64,000 nucleotides of DNA from Thecamonas trahens ATCC 50062. Its lineage: Eukaryota > Protista > Apusomonadida. The stretch is taken from the NCBI RefSeq assembly GCF_000142905.1, contig NW_013657621.1, positions 151,123 through 215,122 on the forward strand, given 5' to 3'. A program made the position numbers and the translations under genes. Below are positions 18,271 to 30,400 of the stretch, one piece after another (position 1 is the stretch's first letter; each line of letters opens with the position of its first letter). Below the pieces are notes generated by a model. The model was not told where the DNA came from. It searched no databases and saw only the letters and a program-made list of their open reading frames with translations.

Positions 18271-19587
18271 TCACGATTCCCCAGTCGCCTGGCACTGCGG
18301 CTTGTGCGTCTTCCAGTGGCCGACCTGGCACGCCCGAGAGCAGTAGCGGACGGCCCTGCAGCGCGAGCATCTCTTGAGCGCCTCGGTGGCCTTGCCGCAG
18401 GAGGCACAGCCCGCGGCCGATGCAGCAGGTTCTGTCGAGAGGCCAGCCGGCGCCTCCTGCACATCATCGTCCGAGTACGACTCGTAGCTGTACTCGGAGC
18501 TATGGGCGGGTGGGTTCGGCCTACTCTTGACGCCCGGCTCGGGCTCCGGCTGCGTCTCGGGCCAGACCAGGAGATCGACGAGCGAGCGCAGGTCACCCGC
18601 CGTAGCCGCCGATCCACAGAGCAGGCGGCGGAGGCCATCCAAGCCAAGGCGGGCGCCGAGCGCGAGCTGGTCGGCCGGGATGTGCGGCGGGGGGAGGGTG
18701 TAGCGGGCGCCAGGCGGCGGGATGCTTCCATGCTGCATGACAAGGAGGGAGAGGCGGGCGGTAAAGGCGACGAGGACGTTGGTGCGAACGCGGAGAAGAA
18801 GCGAGTGGTACTCGGGCTTGAAGATCAGATCGACAAGCGCATCGTCGTCGTGGGTGCCCCGGAGCGAGGCGCCGAGGCCCTCGACCATGTGGGAGAGGTT
18901 CTCGAGGAGGAACATCATACTGAAGAACCCGTAGCGGACCGGAATCTCCCGCATCAGCGAGTCGAGAAAGCGCAGCGAGGCGCCGAGCCTGCTCTTGCGG
19001 ACGCCGACACGGAAGCGCTTGATGAGCGCACTCCGTCCCCGCATCTCTGCGTCCGTCGGCGTGTACTTGCGGCCATCGACCGAGCAGCGATACGGCTGCG
19101 CGGCGGCGGTGATGAAATCGGCCATGACATGCTCGCTCTCACAGAGGAGCGGAATGCTGATGATCTCGGGGACAGCATAGGGCAAGAGCGCGAGGAGGGG
19201 CGCATCGTGCCGAGCAGCCGAGACAACGTCACTGAGAGCTGTAAAAGCCATCATGCCGCGCCACAGCGGCGGGAGGGCATGGAAGCAGTCGGCAATAGCC
19301 CCTGCGCGTCGATCGTCACCCGAGAGAGCCAACACCAACGACGCCATGTCCGCTAGCGACAGCTTTGCCACCGATCCGATGAGCGGCCAGTACGAGTCGT
19401 CGGCCCAAGCCAGGAAGGCCAGGCTCGAGTTGAGTCCGGCGTATCGTGCCATGGCGGCCTCACCGGCCTGGCTTGCCGCCTTGCGAGCATGGGGCGAGGG
19501 TGAGGAGGGTGTGGGCATGGGTGAGGGCGTAGGGGTGGATGTGGCGGGGAGAAACTGCTCGAGCCGTCGCCAGTCGTCGTCCGCCAT
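18271..19587 (-). CDS. MYND zinc-finger protein
   Basis: C-terminal CASC...LKRCSRCRAVRYCSRACQVGHWKTHKPQC. ATG 19587 (MADDDW) follows a C-tract. Confidence 0.88.
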   Translation of the reverse strand: MADDDWRRLEQFLPATSTPTPSPMPTPSSPSPHARKAASQAGEAAMARYAGLNSSLAFLAWADDSYWPLIGSVAKLSLADMASLVLALSGDDRRAGAIADCFHALPPLWRGMMAFTALSDVVSAARHDAPLLALLPYAVPEIISIPLLCESEHVMADFITAAAQPYRCSVDGRKYTPTDAEMRGRSALIKRFRVGVRKSRLGASLRFLDSLMREIPVRYGFFSMMFLLENLSHMVEGLGASLRGTHDDDALVDLIFKPEYHSLLLRVRTNVLVAFTARLSLLVMQHGSIPPPGARYTLPPPHIPADQLALGARLGLDGLRRLLCGSAATAGDLRSLVDLLVWPETQPEPEPGVKSRPNPPAHSSEYSYESYSDDDVQEAPAGLSTEPAASAAGCASCGKATEALKRCSRCRAVRYCSRACQVGHWKTHKPQCQATGES

Positions 19588-19809
19588 GGCTGGGGGGGGG
19601 GGCGAGTGAGCGAGGTGGAGCTGCTCGCCGAGGGAAATGGCGGCAGGCGAGGGAGGCCAACCATGGGATGTGATGCAGTTCATTTCAAGTGTGGTGATGT
19701 AAGTGAGGCAGGGAGGGGCAAAGGGGTGGGGTGGGGGTGGGAGGGAGGATCGGGAACACCGCTAGAGGGCGCGCGCAGTGCACACGACGCGACGCCGAGG
19801 GAGCGATGG

Positions 19810-22569
19810 TTAGGCAGCGTACTGCTCGATGCGGGTGAGGAGGGCCTCCGAGTCTGCGACAAAGTCAATGGGGACGGCGCGCATGACGGTGCAGCGGACG
19901 CGGTCCTCGTCGCGGTAGGTCTCGACCTTTGCGCGGAGGCGGAAGTTGTATGCCTTGAAGGTGGCCTCCTCAAAGGCATGCTGGTAGGCCGGGTCGTCGG
20001 CCTCCTTGAGGGCGGCCATCTCTGCGGCGGTCTTGCCGAGCAGGGTCGGAGCCGAGTCGTCAAAGGCGGAGAGCCAGAACGAGCCGGTGTGGTCTGCGGC
20101 CGAGACGGAGAGAACGTAGCGGTAGTTGATCGAGGTGAACTCCTTGGAGCAGCTCTCGCACTGCCAGCGGCCGGTGCCGATCTCGACAACCTTGCGGTTG
20201 CAGGTGCGACCGTCGGGCTTCTCGTTGGGGCAGGCCGGGTAGTAGAGGGTGCCGTCGGAGCGGATGTATGAGATGGTGCCGCGGACCCAGAACCAGTCGG
20301 GCTTCTCGCCGTGACCGAGGTTCTGGGTATCGATCTGCGAAAAGGTCTTGTAGACCTTGGAGAACGAGCCGCCACCACCGGCCGAGATGTTGACGCCCTG
20401 CCCGGCGGCAGCGCCAGCGGTCTCGTACCAGCCCTTGAGCTGGGCGGCCTCGGGGATGTCGGGCGAGACCGAGATGCCGGACGAGGCGCCGGTAGAGAGC
20501 GACTTGCCGTTGTAGTCGGAGATGCGGACGCCCTTAAAGGCGACGACCGGCGCGCCCGGGTAGTTGAACGCTTCGGCACGGTTGCCCCAGAGGGTGACCT
20601 GGACCAGGTGGGCGGTGTCGTCCATGATCTCGATGTCGCGCTTGGGAATCTGCGTCCCGCGAGTCTTGGACGTGACCGAGCCAAGCGGGTGGATCTTGGT
20701 CACGACGCCAATGACGTCGACGTTGGTGTCCTTGGGCAGCTCGGCAATGGCTGAGATCTTGACAAAGTTGTAGTGCTGGGCCTTGATCTCGGTTGCCGGG
20801 GCGGTGCAGAGGATGACCTCCGACTCGGCGCGGAGCGTCATCTCGTACGGCGAGTTGGTCCGCGACCAACGCTTGTCGGCCATCTTGAGCGAGCCGCCGG
20901 TGATGTAGTAGACCGAGCCCTGCTGGATGACAGGCTGCCACTTGTCGCACTGGTCGTTAAAGGCGGCAATCTTGATCTCGCCACCGGCGGCGTCGAGCAC
21001 TTCGAACGAGAACAGCTTGCCCTCGGACGACGGCTTCTTCCACGTCCGGATGTCCGACTTGTTCGTCACCCGCGCCTTGATCGTCCACCGCTGCTGGTAC
21101 GGGTGGAGGTCGGCAATGCGGGTGATGTGTGCCTCGGGCACCGGCGCACCCGACGCTGCCGGCGCGCCCATGGTCGGACGGGCCGAGGTGGCCATGGTGC
21201 TGGCCGAAGCCGCTGCCGCCACCGCCGCCGGCGCTCCACCGTCGGTCGGGCCCGTCAGCGTCTGCTCGGCGTTGACCGGCGAGCCGATGCGGGCATCAGC
21301 CTGCGAGACAATGTCGAGGGCAATGAGAATGACCACACGCCGCCCGTGGACCGTGTTGCACAGCGACTCGGTGAGCCGGACCAGCGAGTTGTTCTTCAGC
21401 ATCTCGGTGTGCACAAGCTGGTTCAGCTGCGTCGCAAGGATGGCCTGCTGGTAGTGCTTGCCATCGGAAATGACCAGCCTGTGCGGGATAGGAAAGTCTA
21501 CGCGNNNNNNNNNNNNNNNNNNNNNNNNNNNNNNNNNNNNNNNNNNNNNNNNNNNNNNNNNNNNNNNNNNNNNNNNNNNNNNNNNNNNNNNNNNNNNNNN
21601 NNNNNNNNNNNNNNNNNNNNNNNNNNNNNNNNNNNNNNNNNNNNNNNNNNNNNNNNNNNNNNNNNNNNNNNNNNNNNNNNNNNNNNNNNNNNNNNNNNNN
21701 NNNNNNNNNNNNNNNNNNNNNNNNNNNNNNNNNNNNNNNNNNNNNNNNNNNNNNNNNNNNNNNNNNNNNNNNNNNNNNNNNNNNNNNNNNNNNNNNNNNN
21801 NNNNNNNNNNNNNNNNNNNNNNNNNNNNNNNNNNNNNNNNNNNNNNNNNNNNNNNNNNNNNNNNNNNNNNNNNNNNNNNNNNNNNNNNNNNNNNNNNNNN
21901 NNNNNNNNNNNNNNNNNNNNNNNNNNNNNNNNNNNNNNNNNNNNNNNNNNNNNNNNNNNNNNNNNNNNNNNNNNNNNNNNNNNNNNNNNNNNNNNNNNNN
22001 NNNNNNNNNNNNNNNNNNNNNNNNNNNNNNNNNNNNNNNNNNNNNNNNNNNNNNNNNNNNNNNNNNNNNNNNNNNNNNNNNNNNNNNNNNNNNNNNNNNN
22101 NNNNNNNNNNNNNNNNNNNNNNNNNNNNNNNNNNNNNNNNNNNNNNNNNNNNNNNNNNNNNNNNNNNNNNNNNNNNNNNNNNNNNNNNNNNNNNNNNNNN
22201 NNNNNNNNNNNNNNNNAGGGGAGGGGAGGGGGTGGACGTCGCACTTTGTGGTGAGTTTTGGATAGCGGCGAGGAATCTACAAAAAGGTCGTACTTTTGGC
22301 CCCTCTCCCTGCCGCCATTGCGGGGGGGGGGAAGAGGTAGACCCGGGAGCGGCGGAGCGCGGCGGGTGGCGGCCACGATGGGGAGCCTCGGGCACACACA
22401 GCAGGGGACGACGGGGGTGGGTGTGGGTGTGGGGAAAGGCGTACCGGTAGCGGTCCGGGTTGTCGGCCTGCTGTGCGGCGATCTTCTTGATGTCAATGAT
22501 CTGGACGACCGGGTTTGAGACGTCCTGGCCTTCGTACATGGCCTTGATGGCGCCCTCGGTAAGCGACAT
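19810..22569 (-). CDS. RPA1: Replication protein A 70-kDa subunit; exons 22569-22445 and 21478-19810
   Basis: MSLTEGAI..., WTIKARVTNKSDIRTW, YYPACP...CNRKV...CESC zinc motif. The intron GTACGC...CACAG (22444-21479, contains the N gap) restores DRYRLVISDG. Confidence 0.96.
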   Translation of the reverse strand: MSLTEGAIKAMYEGQDVSNPVVQIIDIKKIAAQQADNPDRYRYAFPHTHTHPRRPLLCVPEAPHRGRHPPRSAAPGSTSSPPPQWRQGEGPKVRPFCRFLAAIQNSPQSATSTPSPPXXXXXXXXXXXXXXXXXXXXXXXXXXXXXXXXXXXXXXXXXXXXXXXXXXXXXXXXXXXXXXXXXXXXXXXXXXXXXXXXXXXXXXXXXXXXXXXXXXXXXXXXXXXXXXXXXXXXXXXXXXXXXXXXXXXXXXXXXXXXXXXXXXXXXXXXXXXXXXXXXXXXXXXXXXXXXXXXXXXXXXXXXXXXXXXXXXXXXXXXXXXXXXXXXXXXXXXXXXXXXXXXXXXXXXXXXXXXXXRVDFPIPHRLVISDGKHYQQAILATQLNQLVHTEMLKNNSLVRLTESLCNTVHGRRVVILIALDIVSQADARIGSPVNAEQTLTGPTDGGAPAAVAAAASASTMATSARPTMGAPAASGAPVPEAHITRIADLHPYQQRWTIKARVTNKSDIRTWKKPSSEGKLFSFEVLDAAGGEIKIAAFNDQCDKWQPVIQQGSVYYITGGSLKMADKRWSRTNSPYEMTLRAESEVILCTAPATEIKAQHYNFVKISAIAELPKDTNVDVIGVVTKIHPLGSVTSKTRGTQIPKRDIEIMDDTAHLVQVTLWGNRAEAFNYPGAPVVAFKGVRISDYNGKSLSTGASSGISVSPDIPEAAQLKGWYETAGAAAGQGVNISAGGGGSFSKVYKTFSQIDTQNLGHGEKPDWFWVRGTISYIRSDGTLYYPACPNEKPDGRTCNRKVVEIGTGRWQCESCSKEFTSINYRYVLSVSAADHTGSFWLSAFDDSAPTLLGKTAAEMAALKEADDPAYQHAFEEATFKAYNFRLRAKVETYRDEDRVRCTVMRAVPIDFVADSEALLTRIEQYAA
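21505..22216. other. Assembly gap (N run) inside the RPA1 intron
   Basis: Run of Ns. Confidence 0.99.
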
Positions 22570-22697
22570 GCTGCGGGGGGGGGGGTGGAGTTGGGTGTGG
22601 CTGGTGGCCGAGGTCGGGCGAGTAGTGGCAGAATCTAGCGTTTTTGGCCCAAGGACCCTTACTTTTACTCTGCCGCGTCCACAATCTGCGCCACGTT

Positions 22698-24306
22698 TTA
22701 CGGGAGATCGTAGGAGAGGTCGACCGAGACATAGGGGTAGAACGAGTCGCCGTCGGCCTCATCGCCTGGACCAAAGGTGGCGCCGTCGCCGAGGTGGCCG
22801 AGGAGCGACGCGAGGTGTGCGCGGAGCTTGGTGCCCGCCTTGCGGCGCGGCTCGACAAGGAGGGTGAGGTACGAGACCGGGAGCCCGTAGCGGAGGACGG
22901 CCTCGACGTGGACGCGGATGGCCTTGAGGTGGACCCAGGCGATGTAGGTCTCACCAAAGTTTGCGGCACACCACTGGGCAAGGCGGCGCTGCTTGAGGAC
23001 AAGGCGCTCCTCGAGCGAGCCACGGGCGTTGCGGGCGTCGGGCAGGTCGCCGACGGCGTCGTCGTCGGCGAGCGGAGCGTCAAACTCGCGGACGACAAAC
23101 TTGGAGGCGGCAGCCTCGCGCTTAAAGTCGTCTGCGAGCTTGGCAAGGACGTAGACCGAAAACAGGGTGTACTCCGAGTCCTTGGCGACGCACTGGGCCG
23201 AGCGCGGGACGACAGCCGAGAAGTTCTCCATGGTGTCCGGGTCGAGAACGTTGACGAGGAACTCGTACTTGGCCTCAAACTCAGAGACGGCCGAGTTCCT
23301 GACGGCGACGTAGACGGTGGTGAGGAAGGCTGTCGACATGTAGACCTCCTTGACGCCCTCGAGCGAGTCCAGCGATCGCATCAGCAGCGAGCCCGTGGTC
23401 TTGCGCACCAGCTGCGCGAGCTCCGACTTGAGCTCGGCCACCTCTGCAAACTTGATCTTCATCTGCTCCTCCACCCGCCCAACATCATCCTTGATCTTCT
23501 GCACCAGCGCCACCGTCGACTCTCCCACGCTTGTGTACCGCTGCTCGTTCCACGAGAACTCGGCCACGTACCCGCGCATCGATCCGCCCTCTACCGACAG
23601 CTGCACGTTTCCCGCCCCTGACGACGACGCGCCGCCATCCACACTTGCTGCAAGATCGACGCCTTGCTTGGCAATCTTTCTCGCCACTGACTCGACATAA
23701 GCATCCGTCCGGCCGAGATCGTCGGTCAGAGCAAAGAGCGCGTCGAGGTTGCCCACTCTCAGCGACGGAATCCGGAACCGAGTGCAGGCAGCATGAGCCT
23801 GTGAGGGGCGACCGCAACCACACGAGTGCGACGAGTGCCACAACGAAGACGACGACAAAGACGACGAAGACGAAGACGACGACGAAGACGAAGACGACGA
23901 CGGCGACGACGACGACGGCCACAACGAAGACTACGTGAGTATTATGGCTATCTTCTTCTCCCCTCTCCCCCCTCCCCCCTCCCCCTACCCCCCCCCCCCG
24001 TCCACCCCACCCCCATACCAACTCCAGGTCACGCGCTGTGCTCGTCCGTCACCGACGAGTCACCACCCACTGGCGCATCGATTTTTGCCGCCGACCAACC
24101 AACCGCACCACCCTTCCCCCCCCCTCTCCAACCCCTGCGGCAACCACGTCACGAGGTCTACAATACTTCTGGGGGTTGTGGCGTATGGGCAAATGGGTAC
24201 GTACGCTGATGGAAGAGCTCAGCTTGGAGTACTGAGAGCCGCGAACGCTCTCGTCTGCGTCTACAGGGACGCAGAGGAGGAACGGTCCGTCGGTGGCAGA
24301 GGTCAT
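22698..24306 (-). CDS. ATP6V1C: V-type proton ATPase subunit C; exons 24306-24205 and 23798-22698
   Basis: FRIPSLRVGNLDALFALTDDL, WVHLKAIRVHVEAVLRYGLP, FYPYV. Exon 1 MTSATDGPFLLCVP... is joined by a phase-0 intron GTACGT...TCACAG (24204-23799). Confidence 0.92.
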
Positions 24307-24482
24307 GTGCTCCCGGCGAGTTCGAGTCGAGTGGCGAGCCGCGAGTGGTGACGGCGACGAGTTTCTGCCGGCTGGCGGCTGCGACCCAGCCTGGCGGCTG
24401 CGACCGGGGGGGGGGGGGGGTGGACCGAGCCCGGCGGCTGCGACAGGGCAAGAGGTGAATCGGATGGATGCCTTTACACAAG

Positions 24483-27400
24483 CTACGTGCTCGATGAAGC
24501 GGGGAGTCCAGAAGTGGTGGCTTCAGATGTGGCGGCAGCGTCCGAGTCTTCAGGTGCAGGAGGTGTGACGACGAGATCGCCAACGCGCTCGAGCTCGGCC
24601 TTGAGCTTGGCGATGATGATGGGCTTGGCCACAAAACCGTCCATGCCAGCGCCGAGACACTTTGCCTTGTCCTCGTCGGTGGCAAAGGCGGTGATGGCCA
24701 CAATGGGAACGTGGAGCCGCGGGCCCGTGGGTTTGAGCCACTCGGGCAACGGCCAGTCGCGGGCGTGCTCTTCGGCGTCGCCGGCCTCGAGCGCGCGGAT
24801 GACACCCGTTGCCTCGAAACCGTCCATGATCGGCATGGAGATGTCCATGAGGATAGCATAGAAGCCCTGCGGCTCAGTGGCATGGAGATGTCCATGAGGA
24901 TAGCATAGAAGCCCTGCGGCTCAGTGAGATAAGCAAGTACGCCATTACGCCCGATGAGCTTCTGATTGATGAGCGAGTCTTCGACAACGAGAACACGGCG
25001 CTTGGGCTCGGGCTCGGGCTCGGACAACGAGAACACGGCGCTTGGGCTCGGGCTCGGGCTCGGACTCGGGCTCGGGCTCGGGCTCGGGCTTGGTCTCGGA
25101 CTCGGGCGAGATTTTGGGCGAGATGTCGAGTGAGGTCAGAGGCAGGGTCTCGTGCAAGGTCTCGTGCGAGGTCTTGGGCGAGTCGTTGGGAACCACGTGG
25201 AGGCTGGCGTCTGCAACGAGGTTGACTTCGTCGACCGGTACGAGTGTACCCGAGGGGCGGGAGCGGTTCGGTCCGCCGAGCTCGAGTGGCGAGTTGAGGG
25301 TGACGTCTGCGTGCGGCGGTGCGATGCCCATGACCGTGTTGCCGACGGCGTACAGGAGGTTGCGAAGGCGGACGGGACGCGGCAGGTAGCCGAACCGCTC
25401 ACCGTCCTCGGCGGCGATGCTCTGGGTGGCCATGACGGTTGGTGCGGCAATGATGACCGGGAGCGGCATGCGGCGATGGCGCGAGATGCGGATCGAGGCG
25501 AGGAAAACGGTCATGTTGATAGAGAGAATGACGCCGGTCCGCCAGCCCCACTCGTCCATAGTGCTGATCGACCTGTTGGACTGCGGCAGCTGCGACGACC
25601 ACTGAAAGTTGGACTGCGACGCCTCGGTGACAAACGAGTCGACTGAAGCAGCCGACGCCGATGTAAACTGCGGTCGCGAGTGCAAGCCGTTGCTGGTGGT
25701 GGACAGCGCCGCCGAGGCTACCGACGAGACTGAGCCGGATTCGTCGAGCCGCCACAAGCGAACGATCTTGTTCGCCTCCTCTACGGTTGTGGCAAGCTCG
25801 GCAGTGATACCGGTCTCGCGCAGCATGGCAACAATGATACCACCGATGTGCGGGTTCTCGTCGACGACGAGGAGGCGAGTCTTTGGGATGGCATCACCGT
25901 AGTGGGCAAGGAGCTCGGCGACGTCGGCCTGCTGCTCATTGAGGGCAAGCGTCGAGAGGGTAAAGCCAAAGGTGGTGCCCTTGCCAGGCGTCGACCTGCA
26001 GTACATCTCACCGCCCATGAGGTTGACAAACTTCTTTGACAAACTTCTTGGAGATGGAGAGGCTGAGTTGAGCCCCGGTCGGCCTGGAAGAACGGCGTGA
26101 AGAGCTTTTCGACGTCGTCCTCGTCAATGCCGATGCCGGTGTCGGTGCACTCGACACGGATACGGGTGGGCGCGCCGGCACCACGCGGTGTCGCCACCGA
26201 CGGCGCTGAAGAGCGAGCCGATGAGATGGCTGACGAGCGCGCCGACGAGCGCGCCGACGAGCACGCCGACGACGAGCCCACGACGGCAGGTGTCGCTGCG
26301 AGCGTCCGCCGCGACCGCGAAAGCGGCCTAGACACAGGGTAGCCATCATCATCGTCGGACACCACAAAGCGTGCGTTGACTGACGGCTTGGTGGCGTCCT
26401 GCTCGTGCTGGTCGTCCTGGTCGTCCTCGTGGCAAACGGTGATGACGACCTCGCCGCGCTGGGTGAACTTGATGGCGTTGGAGAGGAGGTTGGCCAGGAT
26501 CTGCGAGAGGCGCGTAGGATCACCATATAAACGGTCCGGCATCGAGAGCGGAACATGGGTGGCGAGGCGGAGCGACTTGGCCTGGGCGTTACCCTTGACC
26601 ATTTCGACGGCAGACTCGACAAGCTGACGAAGCGAAAACGCAATGTTGGTCCGCTCGATGACGCCACCGGCGTTGACCTTGGAAAAGTCGAGAATGTCCT
26701 GAATGATGGTGAGGAGAAGGTGCGACGACGACTCAAGAGCCTCGAGGCAGTCACGCTGCTCGCGGGTGAGCGCCGTGTCGAGCAGGATCTGAACGTTGCC
26801 GAGAACGCCGTTGAGCGGGTTGCGGAGCTCGTGCGAGAGGCGGGCGATAAAGGCGGATGTTGCCTCGGACGCACCCTCGCTCTTCTTCAGCTTGAGCTCG
26901 GTCTCCATGGCGTGGCGCTCGTGAGTGAGGTCACGAATGGACATGAGGTAGAGGTTGCCCTTAGCGGCCTCGGTCGACGCAATCGGCGAGCAGTGGATCG
27001 AGAGGTAGTTACCGCCGATGGAGACCTCGACTTCGTCCCCCGAGCCAGAGGCAATGAGGTCGCGGAGACTGTAGATGGCGGCGATGACCTCGGGCATAGT
27101 CCCCCCCAGCCGGAGCAGGCAGTCGTGAAGTGTGACCGAGCCCGGCCACCGCGCATCGACGCCCTCGTCGTCAACCGAGCCCATCATCTGCTGCAGTCGG
27201 ACGGTACCGGCGGTCCTGTCGAGCGGATCGAGCGAGTCGAGGTTCAGCTGCGGCAGATGGCGCTCGCGCGATGCGGCGCCGACCGACGATGTTGCCGTCG
27301 CAGGTCCCGACGTCGACGAAAGCGAGCACCGCCGTTCAAACGGCGACACGCTCTTTGTCGAACGACTTCCAGCCGAAAGCTTCACGCTCACAGAGTGCTT

Positions 27401-30400
27401 CGACTGGGACAAGCGGTGGCGCGATGCCCACGAGAGAGTCTGGGCACGTGAGGCCAGCACCTTCTGTTGGCCGTTCTCTCCACTGTCGCAACGACTTGCA
27501 GATGACAATGACTGAGAGTGGACGGGCTTGCGGCGATGCGGCTGACCGACGACAGAGAGCGACGACGAGATGGTAGCGAGTGGCATGAGTACATCGACCG
27601 AATGCGCCGAACCACCCGAGGATGAAGAGTCTGTGTTCGACTCGATGTTGGCCATGGCCGACCGACCTGGCTTGGATGCCTCCAGCACCGACATCGACTG
27701 CGAGAGGGCCGACTCAAGCGAGACGCGAGTGGACCGAGAAGTGCTCTTCTTGAGCGGGCGGGTTCGAGGGACTTGCGACGAGAGAGAGCCCGAACACGAG
27801 GGAGACGAGTGTAAAGCCATTGCATCCGGCGGTGGCGACGGTGACGGCGACGACGACGGCGACGCCGACAGTGATGACGATGGCGATGACGGCTCGTAGA
27901 TGTATGAGCCGTGGGACGAGGTCGTGGAGGAGGAGCAAAACGACGACGAGGCTGGCACTGACGAGGCAGCCACCTTAGCACTGTCACATTCGATGCAGCA
28001 CTCGGATGTAGAGCGGGAGAAGAGCGAAGATCCTGAGCCATGGATGCGAGAGCGGTTAGTTGAGAGTCTATGGGAGATGCCCGAGGCCGATGACGCAGCC
28101 GAGTTGGCACTGTAGAGGAGGTTAGTCGAAGCTCGGCGTGAGAGGCGACCCGCGCTGGCTCCGCGAGCGATGTCGCGCAGGGGCTTGTCACGAGAGGCAA
28201 CAGTGGCGCGAGGAGTAGAGACGGACGAGAGGGAGAAGAGCGAATCCGAGTCCGAGGCGTTGGCAAAGACGCGTGGGGAAGCCTGGACGGTGCTGTAGGC
28301 CTTTCCGGCGAGAAGGCTCATGACTTGCTCGAGCGCATCCTCGGCCGATGCCGCGCCCGACATGGCTGCACGGGCCTGACCATAGATTCGGCGCATGTGG
28401 GAACGAGGCGTGACATGGCCAGTCGCGCGCGTTGCCGCTGGTGACTGTATGGCTGGTGCCGATGTGGCACTCGAGGCAGGGGCATGCGGTGGCAAGTCCG
28501 CACTCGTCAAGAGCGACATGGGAGTGGCAGTCTCGGCAAAGAGCAGCGGAATGTTGACCGACGGCGATGGGACAGATGCAGCACAGACACTCGACCTGCT
28601 GGCGGTGGCACTGCTCTTTCCAGAACGATCCAGCTGAAGTGACGAGTCGACGACGTGGCGTAGCTCGCTGGCAGAAGGAGGGGAAGCGGTAGCATTCCGG
28701 AACCGCTCTGCCGCTGACGGCGATGATGTTGGCGAAGATGATGACGACGTCGATGACGATGTTGAGCTTTCGCTCCTGCCGCTCGACGCGTGGCGCTTGA
28801 AGGAGACTACGTCCGACTCGCCGTATGAAGTGTAGCGGCGACGCGAGTACGCACTCACAAGTGATGAATCATTGAGATAGACCGTGGTAGAGTATGAGAA
28901 CGAGTCAAGGGTACCACTTGAGTTGTCCAAGTTGGAACGGCGGGAGTGCGAGCTTCGTGCAGCGCGCGAGCCACGCTGCAGTGCAGTGGCAGAGATACGA
29001 GGCAAGGCGACGGGTGCGTCGGTTCCGGGGACGCCTGGGACGCGTTGAGCGGCATCGAGTGTGAGTGAGGAGCGACGGCTGCGGCGCTGACGCGATGAGC
29101 GATGGCGGCTACGGCGCTTGTGCTCACGACGGGCAGTGAGGGCAACGGTGGCGAGTGTCGATGTTGGCTCAGGACTCGCCAGATTGGGCGAGGCATCCCC
29201 AGCGACAGGTGGCGAGTGGCTATGGAGAAACGAGGATAGGACGCCGCCGGAGACAGCCATGTCCTGCAAGACCATGGGGGAGAGAACGCCGCGCTCGATG
29301 GTGCTGGTGCGTGCAGCGGACGACGACGATCTCAACGAGGCGGCTTGTAAGCCGCTTGCCGGCCTTGCGGAGCTGTGCGGGCTCGTCGGGGAGCTCACGT
29401 CTGTGCTCGGCGAGGGAGAGGAAGATGGCGAAACCGAGACTTTTCGAGCATGCGACATTGCGCGCTTGGGAAGCTTGGACGCGAGCGAGTATTTTCGTGT
29501 CGACCCACGGTAGAGCGCTTTCACCACCTGCGGGTCGAGCGAGTCGGCCCGTGGCTGAGTCTTCTTGCGGGCGGCGGCCATGATGGCAGCTTCGCCCAGC
29601 GAGCGCGAGCGCTCGAGCGAAGGCGTGTTTCCACATGCAACCAACGAGTCGGTGTCGTTGACATCGACAGTGAGGCCAAGCGAGGATTCGGACCGGGAGG
29701 AGCAGGCGTCAGGATGGATTGAGAGGCGGGCGCGCGGTGGCGAGATTGGCGGAGATGTCGACGCCGTCGAGCTCGCTGCACCAGGCGATGCCCGGCGCGC
29801 ACCGGAGAGAGCCGATAGGCGGCTGCTGTGGGAGGAGCGCCCCGAGTGCGGGGCGGACGAGCGGGCCAAGCTTCCGCTACCGAGCTCTCTGCAGGGCAAC
29901 GGGGTCATGCGGATGTCTGCAGAAGAGGGCTTGATGAGAAAAAGGTCAGGCCCGCGCGGAGCGACCGATCCGGAAGCGAGCGATGAGTGTGATGCGGTTC
30001 CGGACGATCGCAATCGCGACCGCGACCTCGACGTTGACGCTGACCGCGGCGACGACAGTGATGACGACGATGAGGCCGACGACGACATTGTCCCTTCATA
30101 GTCGGAAGTCATGCAACCTGACTGATAGTCGTTCGAGAAGAAACGCTCAAACGCGCGGTTGACTGAAATGACACACATGCGGTCAAGGTTGTCAGCCGAG
30201 ACGACGGCGAGCGGAATGGGGACCGACTCGATAACGGCTTCGGCAAAGTGCTGGGCTGCGAGGATGTCGAGCTGGACTTGGACTCGATCGGTGATGTCGA
30301 CGCCGACGCAAAAGAGGCCGTCGACGTGCCCATCCGTACCAAAACGCGGCGTGATGTTGAGGACAATGGTACAGGCAGGTTCGAGCGCCGAGTTAGCGCC

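Noticed and set aside
19810-22569. RPA1 as a single 919-aa ORF with an insertion
   Set aside because: The apparent insert is an intron containing an N gap.
24833-26048. Intron gain by tandem duplication in the kinase
   Set aside because: The duplicated units contain no AG|GT or AG|GC junction, and the adjacent deletions would remain unrepaired.
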